From positions 159,950 to 223,949 of the forward strand of contig JBKQQP010000029.1 of NCBI GenBank assembly GCA_052144335.1: a stretch of DNA of 64,000 nt. The letters run 5' to 3'. Shown piece by piece: positions 10,187 to 17,763 of this stretch. The notes beneath the pieces are model-generated. The model did no database searches. It was not told the origin of the DNA and saw nothing but the letters and a program-made list of their open reading frames with translations. A program made the translations under genes and the position numbers. Each line of letters opens with the position of its first letter. The first letter of the stretch is position 1. Origin of the DNA: Syntrophales bacterium (GTDB taxonomy: Bacteria; Desulfobacterota; Syntrophia; Syntrophales; UBA2185).

Positions 10187-11086
10187 TCATCGAACGAGCG
10201 CTGATACAGGAACGACATCGATGCCCCGGGCTTTTAAGACGGGTATCGCCTCCTTAAGAGCCTGGATAGTTTTCACGTGCGGATGCCCTATCATTACCAC
10301 CGCTTCTGATTCATCGGAAAATTCTCCGCCGCTTAGGTTCGTCAAGTTTCGAAAAATTTTCCTGTAGTCATGGTCGTTATCAATAAATATTTTTCTTGAG
10401 ACAAAGCGAAGTCCTAACTTTCTCGCAATGTCTGGACCCTTAGACAGTGGGGTCGTCCGGCTGTCGACAAAAAAAAGACTCCTTTTCTTAATTTCCCTAA
10501 ATACAATATCAAGTTTTGCTTCGTCCTCCATGAACTTCGATCCCATATGATTGTTTACGCCGGATAGATAGGGAATTGCATCGAGATCCTTGTCAACCTC
10601 CTCCTCAATTTGCCGATCGCTCATGCTCATAAGGAGGGCTCCCCTTCCCGGGTTTACATCCGGGAAGGCGTGAGGCTCCATCGGGAGGTGGAGAAGAATT
10701 TCTCTGTTCGCCCCGTGCAAAATATTTGCCGCATCGACTGAATGTGCATAGTGAGGAAGAATGGCAAAGGTCAGGGAGGCATCAATCTTAAGAAGCTCAT
10801 AGAGTGGTGAAAGATCATAACCAATATCGTCTATGAGGATGGCGACCCTTTTTCTTGCTTGGCTAATTTTATCTTTAGGGATAGTGCTGCTCGTCCCGTA
10901 TCTCTCCGGTGAGCCTCCCATGGGTGTTTCCGGGGGAGCATTCCTTGGCTCAATTCTCGGGATATGTTTTGACTCTTCCACCTCCCGATTTCCGGCATGG
11001 AAAATGTATAGCGCCGTGACAGCAATGATTACCGCTGAGATCGTGATAAATGCTGTCCAGCCCTTTTTTCGTCTCTTAGTCATCAT
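10187..11086 (-). CDS. Divergent polysaccharide deacetylase family protein (YibQ-like)
   Basis: N-terminal TM helix. Motifs VAILIDDIGY, AILPH, LLHLPMEP and NNHMGS are typical of the YibQ family. It follows ctpA, as in many genomes. Confidence 0.75.
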   Translation of the reverse strand: MMTKRRKKGWTAFITISAVIIAVTALYIFHAGNREVEESKHIPRIEPRNAPPETPMGGSPERYGTSSTIPKDKISQARKRVAILIDDIGYDLSPLYELLKIDASLTFAILPHYAHSVDAANILHGANREILLHLPMEPHAFPDVNPGRGALLMSMSDRQIEEEVDKDLDAIPYLSGVNNHMGSKFMEDEAKLDIVFREIKKRSLFFVDSRTTPLSKGPDIARKLGLRFVSRKIFIDNDHDYRKIFRNLTNLSGGEFSDESEAVVMIGHPHVKTIQALKEAIPVLKARGIDVVPVSALVR

Positions 11087-11112
11087 AAACTTCCGCCGGG
11101 TTGCACTCTACG

Positions 11113-12420
11113 TCAGCTCTTGAGATTCTTTTTCATTATATCCCAGCTCTTTATGATGTCCAAGGCGGTCTTCAGCTGATTATCCTGCATTAAATTATCT
11201 TGCTCTTTTTTTGCACCTTCATCTTTGTTTGTATCATCTTCATTTTTCGGCTTTATGTGACCCTTGAGGTCTCGTTCCCTGATGAAATCATCCGTCACCT
11301 CTTTTTCCTCAGAAGGTCTGATGTATTTTACAATGATATCCGGCTTTATTCCCTCGGCCTGAATTGATCTCCCGCTCGGCGTGTAGTATTTCGCCGTGGT
11401 CAGTTTAAGGGCAGACCCATCTTCAAGCGGAATAACAGTCTGTACCGATCCTTTCCCAAAGGTCTGGGTGCCCAGTACCAATGCCCTCTTGTTGTCCTGC
11501 AGTGCTCCTGACACAATCTCAGCAGCGCTGGCGGTGCCCTCATTAACCAGGGCAATGATAGGACACGTCGGCTCATCACCGTCGTCTTTCGCGACCGATA
11601 TCGTTTCCATGTTTTTTGTTCGTCCCCTAGTTGTGACGATAACACCCGATTTGAGGAAAACATCGGCGACTGCCACAGCCTGATTGAGTAAGCCACCAGG
11701 GTTATTTCTTAAGTCCAAGATAATACCTTCAAGAACACCATTTCTTGCTTTGATATCCTTTAGCACTTTCTTCAAATCATCAGCTGTTCTTTCCTGGAAT
11801 GAAGCCACCCGGATATATGCGATGTGGTCATCGTAAATCTTCGATTTGACGCTCCTAATCTTGATAATGCTGCGGGTTATAACATAATCCTTTGGCTTGG
11901 TCATATCCTCCCGCATAATGGTAACAGTAACCTTCGAGTCTTTCGGCCCCCGCAGTTTCTTGACCGCTTCCATTATAGTAATATCCTTCGTCGATTTCCC
12001 ATCAATCTGTATTATATGGTCGCCGGCTTTAATGCCTGCATCGTAGGCTGGCGTATCCTCAAGGGGCGACACGACCGTTAGGACATCTTTCCTTATCGTG
12101 ATTTCAATACCGATGCCGCCAAAACTCCCGCGTGTTTCCACTTCCAGATCTTTGTACATTTCGGCGGTCATATACGTGCTGTGGGGATCCAGGGACTTCA
12201 TCATCCCATTAATGGCCCCCTCTATGAGTTTTTTTGAATCCACATCCTCGACGTAGTTCTTCTGCACCATGTCGAGCACTTCATTGAAAGTCTTGAGATT
12301 CTTGTATATACTTCTTTCCAGTGCAGCTGATACTTGAGAATCTCCCTGAAGTCCAAGCAGGAGAAAGCATGCAAGCATGCACAGAGACAAAAGCACTTTC
12401 TTTGGCAAAAAGTTTTTCAT
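11113..12420 (-). CDS. ctpA: Carboxy-terminal processing protease (S41 family, PDZ domain)
   Basis: 435 aa with a signal peptide and a PDZ region (GGIGIEI...GDHIIQIDG). S41 core motifs are GIILDLRNNPGGLL and ASAAEIVSGALQD...LVLGTQTFGKGSVQ. Confidence 0.9.
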   Translation of the reverse strand: MKNFLPKKVLLSLCMLACFLLLGLQGDSQVSAALERSIYKNLKTFNEVLDMVQKNYVEDVDSKKLIEGAINGMMKSLDPHSTYMTAEMYKDLEVETRGSFGGIGIEITIRKDVLTVVSPLEDTPAYDAGIKAGDHIIQIDGKSTKDITIMEAVKKLRGPKDSKVTVTIMREDMTKPKDYVITRSIIKIRSVKSKIYDDHIAYIRVASFQERTADDLKKVLKDIKARNGVLEGIILDLRNNPGGLLNQAVAVADVFLKSGVIVTTRGRTKNMETISVAKDDGDEPTCPIIALVNEGTASAAEIVSGALQDNKRALVLGTQTFGKGSVQTVIPLEDGSALKLTTAKYYTPSGRSIQAEGIKPDIIVKYIRPSEEKEVTDDFIRERDLKGHIKPKNEDDTNKDEGAKKEQDNLMQDNQLKTALDIIKSWDIMKKNLKS

Positions 12421-12793
12421 TCAATCCTCCAGCGCGGAAATTGATTCAGTCCACATCACATACTTATTAGCGGGACGATAACACTATTCTTATTCATTTT
12501 TCCATAACTTTTTAAAATATCCTATAAAAGTGGATCCATGATGAGCATCTTAATACGACAGGTCTTATTGGGAGACTTTTCACGAAATGCAAGAAATATC
12601 GGTGCCCGGCACACTAGACGACGGTGCCTTCGCAAAAAAAGAACGGTTGCAGGGGAGCCGGGCGTTATCTGTGGACTCAGATCGTTTCCGAATTTGTTCC
12701 CACGGGCCTGTGCAGCCACTCCGGCGCTCTTATGACGCGGCGCTTTATTTTATCCAGGTCACGACTCGCCTTGAGGCTATTGCTGCTGTGGCT

Positions 12794-13165
12794 TTAAGAA
12801 TATCGGGGTTCAATCACGGGGCTGCTGTGAATACTTTCTGCTGATGTGAATTTGACGCTGCCATTTATGGTTCCGCCTTCATCTATAACCAAGTTGCGGC
12901 ATCTGATATCGCCTCTGACATCCGCCGATTTCAAAAGTGTAAGAGTGCCTGTGACTTCAATGTCCCCTTCAAAATAACCTGCTATAGTCAGGGAAGTCGC
13001 GCTTATCTTCGCCGTTACATTGCTGTCTTTTTCCGTGAAAACGGTTTCCGCAACGATCGTCCCTTCTATGGTTCCTTCCACAATCAGGTGCCCTCCGAAA
13101 TGCAGAATCCCTTCAATTTTGCAATTCCTGTTTATTATAGATATATTGTTACTCTTTAAGTTCAC
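12794..13165 (-). CDS. Bactofilin (polymer-forming cytoskeletal protein)
   Basis: 123 aa. The repetitive beta-helix pattern (I.G.l.f.G.l.veG.ieG.i; G...GDI....L.I...G.I.G.V) is typical of the bactofilin/DUF583 domain. Confidence 0.85.
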   Translation of the reverse strand: MNLKSNNISIINRNCKIEGILHFGGHLIVEGTIEGTIVAETVFTEKDSNVTAKISATSLTIAGYFEGDIEVTGTLTLLKSADVRGDIRCRNLVIDEGGTINGSVKFTSAESIHSSPVIEPRYS

Positions 13166-13194
13166 TTCAGGTATCCCCGCGTTTCTTTCGCCCG

Positions 13195-13827
13195 TCAGGT
13201 TTTCAAATTAAAAATCTCTCTTAGTACAAGTTTGCCGTCTTCTGAAAAGACAAATATTGAGGCGGAATCATAAACGTGTTGTACGGAGATGTCCTTCGTT
13301 ATGACCTTATGTCTCGTTATGGAAAAGGGATCACCATCCCTGAAATTTTGTGGGACTCCATTGGACAGATTAGTTTGTGGGTCAGTGAGCCAGCGTTCTG
13401 TCCCCGAACCGTCCGATTTCAGAATGAGGAAGATGTATCCCGACGCCGGCGCATTATTCGAGATCTTGTTTTTCAGGAGAAACGAATAGCGGAATAATTT
13501 TCTCGAAAGATTGAAGTTTGCTTCGAAATTTTCTATAGACAAGCTGTAAGACTGTGTGACGGCGACTACCGTTGCCGCATCGGATGAGACCTCGCTCTTC
13601 TCTGTATCGAGGGGTTTAGTTTGAGTTCCAATATTAGCTGCGACCTCCTCTTTAAAGCCCCCCATCCGGTTGTGTAGGACAACTGCGGCGAAGGAGATAA
13701 CGCAGAGGCCAATGACCATTACGACACAAATGGTTAGGAAGTTCAACGGAAGCTTAAAGGAGCACAGTCGCCTCTCGTCTTGGATTATAATGATGGTAAA
13801 CTTCTTTTGTTTCTTGTCTATGTGCAT
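13195..13827 (-). CDS. Membrane-anchored hypothetical protein, co-oriented 29 nt upstream of bactofilin
   Basis: 210 aa. The N-terminus KKFTIIIIQDE...FKLP plus a TM helix resembles the anchor of M23-type proteins that often precede bactofilins. I see no M23 catalytic motifs. Confidence 0.5.
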   Translation of the reverse strand: MHIDKKQKKFTIIIIQDERRLCSFKLPLNFLTICVVMVIGLCVISFAAVVLHNRMGGFKEEVAANIGTQTKPLDTEKSEVSSDAATVVAVTQSYSLSIENFEANFNLSRKLFRYSFLLKNKISNNAPASGYIFLILKSDGSGTERWLTDPQTNLSNGVPQNFRDGDPFSITRHKVITKDISVQHVYDSASIFVFSEDGKLVLREIFNLKT

Positions 13828-13974
13828 TTAAGAGAGGTTTCACGAAAAAAGTCTTCTAAATCCACCTGTCAGGAATCAAGCTTCTTTTTTACAGTATCCT
13901 GTCCCTCTTTTACGGAAAGATTGAAACATGTTGGTTGCGAGAAAAAAGAGATTTTAAGGCATCAGTCAAATATC

Positions 13975-13990
13975 TGGTATATTTATCGCA
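13975..13990 (+). promoter_or_regulatory. sigma54 -24/-12 promoter candidate (TGGTATATTTATCGCA)
   Basis: Exact GG-N10-GC spacing. Shares the TGGTATAT core with the promoters at 19568, 25157 and 36772. Lies 218 nt upstream of the 14208 CDS. Confidence 0.55.
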
Positions 13991-14207
13991 TGCATTCTCA
14001 TAATGCCTTACATATAAGTTGTCAAGGCAAAATACTGGTGAGGGCTATTTGTCACCGAAATCTTTCCATCATCCGGTCGTACTCTAAAAACGGCCTCATC
14101 AGTTTGCCACGGCAAAGGCAAGAAGAATCATTTTTTACGCCCGTGAAATCCTGTATGAGCGAGCATATGGCGACTTTTCCCGGAGGTAACAAGAAAAAGG
14201 AACGAAG

Positions 14208-15377
14208 ATGAGAAGATTGGTCAGTTTCTGTAGCAAAAAATTCTGCGTGTCTATTATTATTTCCGTATTTTTCTGTATGAGTGCCGTGGCAAAGAATATG
14301 GGTGACACTGGCCAGTCTTTATGGTCTGCCTCCCCCGTGCTTGCCCAATCTCGTCCGAGTGAGGCTGTAGCTCCCGAAGATACCAAGTCTCAATCTGCGC
14401 AGGAGAACAATCTCATGCGTAATTTGTTGGAAAAGCAGAAAGAACTTGATAACCGAGAGAAGGCGTTAAAAGAGGAAGAGCAAAAGATCGAGGCTTTAAA
14501 AAAGGATGTAGTGGAAAAAATGGAGACCCTCAGGGTTCTCGAAGAAAGAATGTCGCCGACAATGGAAAGTCAAGATGGTGAGAGAGACAAAAGATATCAG
14601 GCGCTGGCAAAAATATACGAAGGCGCTCCTCCTGAAAAAGCTGCAGCCATATTCGAAAAGATGGATAGAAAGATGGCGGCTGAAATCATGTTGCGCATGA
14701 ACAGCAAGAAAGCCGGTGCCATTTGGGCGCATATAAATCATGAGGCAGGCATACAGATTGCGAGAGAGATGACCTCATCACAGAGTGTGGATGCCACTAA
14801 AGCGACAAAGATTGCTAAAGAAATCACCGGAGCCGAAGTGGTTAAAAAGGAGGCCGCGCAAAGCCCTGGTGGCGGTGCCGCAGCCTCTGCCGAAGATATC
14901 AAGGAATCGGAAGCTGTGAAACCGGAGACTCTGCAAAGTCCCGATACTGTCAGTCTACCAGGGGTTGCTAAAGAAATTACTGCGGAGAAGGCAATCAAAC
15001 CTGAGTCTCCGCAAAAACCATTGGCGGCGAGCTCCACGAAAAAAGAAATAAAGGTTGCGAAATCCAAAAAGACAAGATTAACGAAGACCCATCCCCAAGC
15101 ATTGAAACCATTTGCCATACAGATCAAGGCTGTGCGCGGTACTGAGATGGCTACAGAGTTCACGAAGGTGCTCAAAGATGAAGGCCTTGATGCCTACTGG
15201 TCTGAGATGCGCACGAAAGATGGCGGGACTTTATACAGAATTCTGGTCGGCCGTTTTGCAAGCCGTGAGGAAGCCCTGACTTATGTGAAAAAGAAACGCG
15301 TCGATATTAACTATCCAGGTAGCTATATTCAAAAGAGCGGACAGGCAATTCCCCCCAAAAAGGAAAAGAAAAAATAA
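14208..15377 (+). CDS. MotE/YlxF-like (MgtE_N-type) flagellar-associated domain fused to a C-terminal SPOR domain
   Basis: N-terminal signal/anchor. The coiled coil plus YQALAKIYEGAPPEKAAAIFEKMDRKMAAEIMLRMNSKKAGAIW is paralogous to the CDS at 31522. A degenerate KEIT..E..KPE..QSP repeat linker follows. The C-terminus FAIQIKAVRG...LYRILVGRFASREEAL is SPOR-like. Confidence 0.7.
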   Translation: MRRLVSFCSKKFCVSIIISVFFCMSAVAKNMGDTGQSLWSASPVLAQSRPSEAVAPEDTKSQSAQENNLMRNLLEKQKELDNREKALKEEEQKIEALKKDVVEKMETLRVLEERMSPTMESQDGERDKRYQALAKIYEGAPPEKAAAIFEKMDRKMAAEIMLRMNSKKAGAIWAHINHEAGIQIAREMTSSQSVDATKATKIAKEITGAEVVKKEAAQSPGGGAAASAEDIKESEAVKPETLQSPDTVSLPGVAKEITAEKAIKPESPQKPLAASSTKKEIKVAKSKKTRLTKTHPQALKPFAIQIKAVRGTEMATEFTKVLKDEGLDAYWSEMRTKDGGTLYRILVGRFASREEALTYVKKKRVDINYPGSYIQKSGQAIPPKKEKKK

Positions 15378-15757
15378 CATCAGCGTCTCAACAAATGAAA
15401 TCGGCCATGCTAAGACATTAATATTTGTTTTGGCCCTATTATTTCTCGGCAGATCAATGCGAGCGCAAAATTCTTTCTGCAGTCCGAAACGCCATGCCGC
15501 GACAGGTCGAGAGGCTTGATCCGCGGGTGACCCAGGCATTGCCATCACTGTTCGGTTTCCGACGATGTCTTATGTGGTGAACCGGCGTTTGCTGTATTCT
15601 TTGTCGGGACCTTTCTCCGCATGCTTGAGTCGCATGCATCCCTGAGCGCAGCGCCGTGTTGCTGCCGCGAGTCTTACGATACTGTCAAAGCCTAACTGCT
15701 TCAGGTATGGGGGGGATGAAATAAGACTTAAAGGGTGATCTACTCACGGCTCACTGG

Positions 15758-17326
15758 CTATGCGAGCTGCCCCGTATCAGACAGAATCCCACGGGGTGAA
15801 ATGGTTGATGGCTGATGCAGAGCGTTTATAAAATATTCCACTATTTCTCCGTCAAACTGACGATTAATATTTCTCTTCAACTCGGCAACAGCTGCCTCTA
15901 TCTCCATTGCTTTTCGATATGGCCGGTTATTAGTCATGGCGTCGAACGCATCTGCGACTGCCAGCATCCTGGAAAAAAAGGGAATATTGGAACCCTGAAG
16001 GCCATCGGGATAACCATTGCCGTCCCAGCGTTCGTGGTGATGGCGGATTATTAACCTTTCCGTATCCAAGATGGGAAGGGGCTTTAAAATATTTTCTCCA
16101 ATCACGGGGTGATTCTTTATGACATCGAATTCGTAAGTGGTGAGTCGGCCGGGTTTAAGCAGGATATCATCAGGTATGGAGATCTTTCCTATGTCATGAA
16201 GAGCGGCCGCTATTTTCAGAGATTCTATTTCACTGGGGGAGCAATTCATTGATTCTGCTGTCCTGATAACGATATCCGTCACCCTCATGGAATGCTCTTC
16301 AGTGTAGTAATCACGCGCTTGGATGGAAGCAACGAGTGATTGAAACGTACTCAGGAGATTCGTATACAGACTTTCGTATAGAAGCCTGTTCTCGATATTG
16401 AGAGAAGCTCTATTAGCGATACTCTGGATATAGTAAAGATCTCTTTCCGTGTAGACATGTTCGTTGCTTTTTCCAGAAAGAACGATGATGCCGAAGACTT
16501 GGTCCCTGATTTTTAGGGGTGAACAGATGACAGATGAATATGCCGAGTTCTTGACGATGTTTCGCAGCAAGGGCTCCTTCTTGCGGACGGTATCCGCCAG
16601 TATAGAATACAGAGACGGTATTATTACACTTTTGAAAAAGGTTTGTGACACTCCTTTTACAACAACAGCATCAAATTCCTGAGAGTCCCGATCATACAAG
16701 AGTATAGAGCATGCCTCGCCGCCAATGACTTTTAGGGCGAGATCAACCATTTCCTGAAAGATTTCGTCATTGTTTTTCGTGAGTTCGATCTTGTCGTATA
16801 TGTAGCTGCGTGTTGATAAGTCACTTATCTTGGTGGTTAAGGAAGTGGCTGTTGTCTGCTTGTCGTATTCACCAAGAATTGTTTTTGCCCTTAAATAGAC
16901 GTCAACCTTGTATAAGAGATCATCAATATTGAATGGTTTCGCTAAAAAATCTACTGCGCCGGTCTTCATCGCGGAAACGGTCAGTCCGATGGTCGGGTAG
17001 GCGGTAATAAGGATCACGTGCGTAGTCGGTTTGATTTCCCTGATCTTATCTAGGAGATCCATGCCATTCATACCTGGCATCATGACGTCGCATATGACCA
17101 TATCAAAATGGCCTTCCCCCAGCTTTTCCAGGCCTTCAACGCCATCGGACGCCTCGGTAACTGCATAGGCACCTGCCTGACATATGGCATCCACAACTAG
17201 CGATCTGGTGCCGATGTCATCATCGACTACCAGAATGGATTTTTTTTCTGTTTCATCCACGCTTAACATACGCGCTCTTTCGTGGGTATTGTCTGCAGAA
17301 GAAAGCAAATGATCCTGCTCAGTCAT
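15758..17326 (-). CDS. Response regulator with REC-GAF-HD-GYP domains (putative c-di-GMP phosphodiesterase)
   Basis: REC domain (ILVVDDD...DMVICDVMMPGMNG...KPF), a central GAF-like region, and an HD-GYP domain (ALHDIGKISIPD...HHERWDGNGYPDGL). Confidence 0.9.
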   Translation of the reverse strand: MTEQDHLLSSADNTHERARMLSVDETEKKSILVVDDDIGTRSLVVDAICQAGAYAVTEASDGVEGLEKLGEGHFDMVICDVMMPGMNGMDLLDKIREIKPTTHVILITAYPTIGLTVSAMKTGAVDFLAKPFNIDDLLYKVDVYLRAKTILGEYDKQTTATSLTTKISDLSTRSYIYDKIELTKNNDEIFQEMVDLALKVIGGEACSILLYDRDSQEFDAVVVKGVSQTFFKSVIIPSLYSILADTVRKKEPLLRNIVKNSAYSSVICSPLKIRDQVFGIIVLSGKSNEHVYTERDLYYIQSIANRASLNIENRLLYESLYTNLLSTFQSLVASIQARDYYTEEHSMRVTDIVIRTAESMNCSPSEIESLKIAAALHDIGKISIPDDILLKPGRLTTYEFDVIKNHPVIGENILKPLPILDTERLIIRHHHERWDGNGYPDGLQGSNIPFFSRMLAVADAFDAMTNNRPYRKAMEIEAAVAELKRNINRQFDGEIVEYFINALHQPSTISPRGILSDTGQLA

Positions 17327-17537
17327 TACTCTTCCTGGATTTCAGGAGAATGTCCATCAGGCTATATGAAATTTTGTCGTATGCCGCTGTTTTATCACCG
17401 GAGTCTAGAGTCACCACGTCCGCATACTTCGTACCTTTGGCCGCATCCGGTTGAAGAGATGATCCGACCTTGACCTTGTTCTGCTTACTGTAGGCCTTGA
17501 GGATATTATCAATTTGATAAGATGAAATCGTCATCAT
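17319..17537 (-). CDS. Small hypothetical protein (72 aa), translationally coupled to the REC-GAF-HD-GYP gene
   Basis: GGTGGAG RBS. Its stop overlaps the downstream start by 8 nt. A sigma28-type promoter lies about 40 nt upstream. No family recognised. Confidence 0.5.
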   Translation of the reverse strand: MMTISSYQIDNILKAYSKQNKVKVGSSLQPDAAKGTKYADVVTLDSGDKTAAYDKISYSLMDILLKSRKSND

Positions 17538-17574
17538 TCAACTCCACCGTATGCATTCCCATCCTTCATTTATT

Positions 17575-17601
17575 CTATCGGAAGAAAGCAATAAAACTTT
17601 A
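17575..17601 (-). promoter_or_regulatory. sigma28 (FliA) promoter candidate: TAAAGTTT-N11-TCCGATAG
   Basis: Reverse complement of 17575-17601. It has the same -35 octamer and the same spacing as the flaG promoter, and the same -35 octamer as the flgM promoter (spacing N12 there). Confidence 0.6.
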
Positions 17602-17672
17602 ACTCTTTCTTTAGGCAATGCATGAATATTACAGAATCTCAATAGTAAGAGGCTATTATGCTAATATTCTAT

Positions 17673-17700
17673 TTGACTATTGTTAAATTTTTGTTAACAT
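17673..17700 (+). promoter_or_regulatory. sigma70-like promoter candidate (TTGACT-N16-TAACAT) overlapped by the inverted repeat TGTTAA-N7-TTAACA
   Basis: Read directly, about 65 nt upstream of the 17764 start. No -24/-12 match occurs in this gap. Confidence 0.35.
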
Positions 17701-17763
17701 TGACCGTCTTTTAATCCAGCTAAGTCTTATATCGTCACTGCAGAGGAACTTCTTAAAGAATCT

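Noticed and set aside
12540-12790. Possible RNase P RNA, SRP RNA, tmRNA, or a TPP, cobalamin or c-di-GMP riboswitch in the GC-rich spacer. Partial look-alikes include CGCCCGGCTCCCC, GTGTGCCGGGCACC, ACCTGGATAAAAT and GCACAGG...GGAAACG.
   Set aside because: The universally conserved cores are absent or in the wrong order. These include GGAAAGUCCGGGC plus GGUAAGGGUGAAAGGGUG for RNase P, GGAAGGAAGCAGCC for SRP, CUGAGA upstream of ACCUGAUCUGGAUAAUGCCAGCG for TPP, and GGGCAAACC...GACGCAAAGCC for GEMM-I.
13780-14211. 143-aa plus-strand ORF in the divergent control region.
   Set aside because: It spans the sigma54 promoter and the leader of the 14208 gene and overlaps the start of the minus-strand 13195-13827 gene. 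It has no RBS and an implausible Cys/Ser/His-rich sequence.
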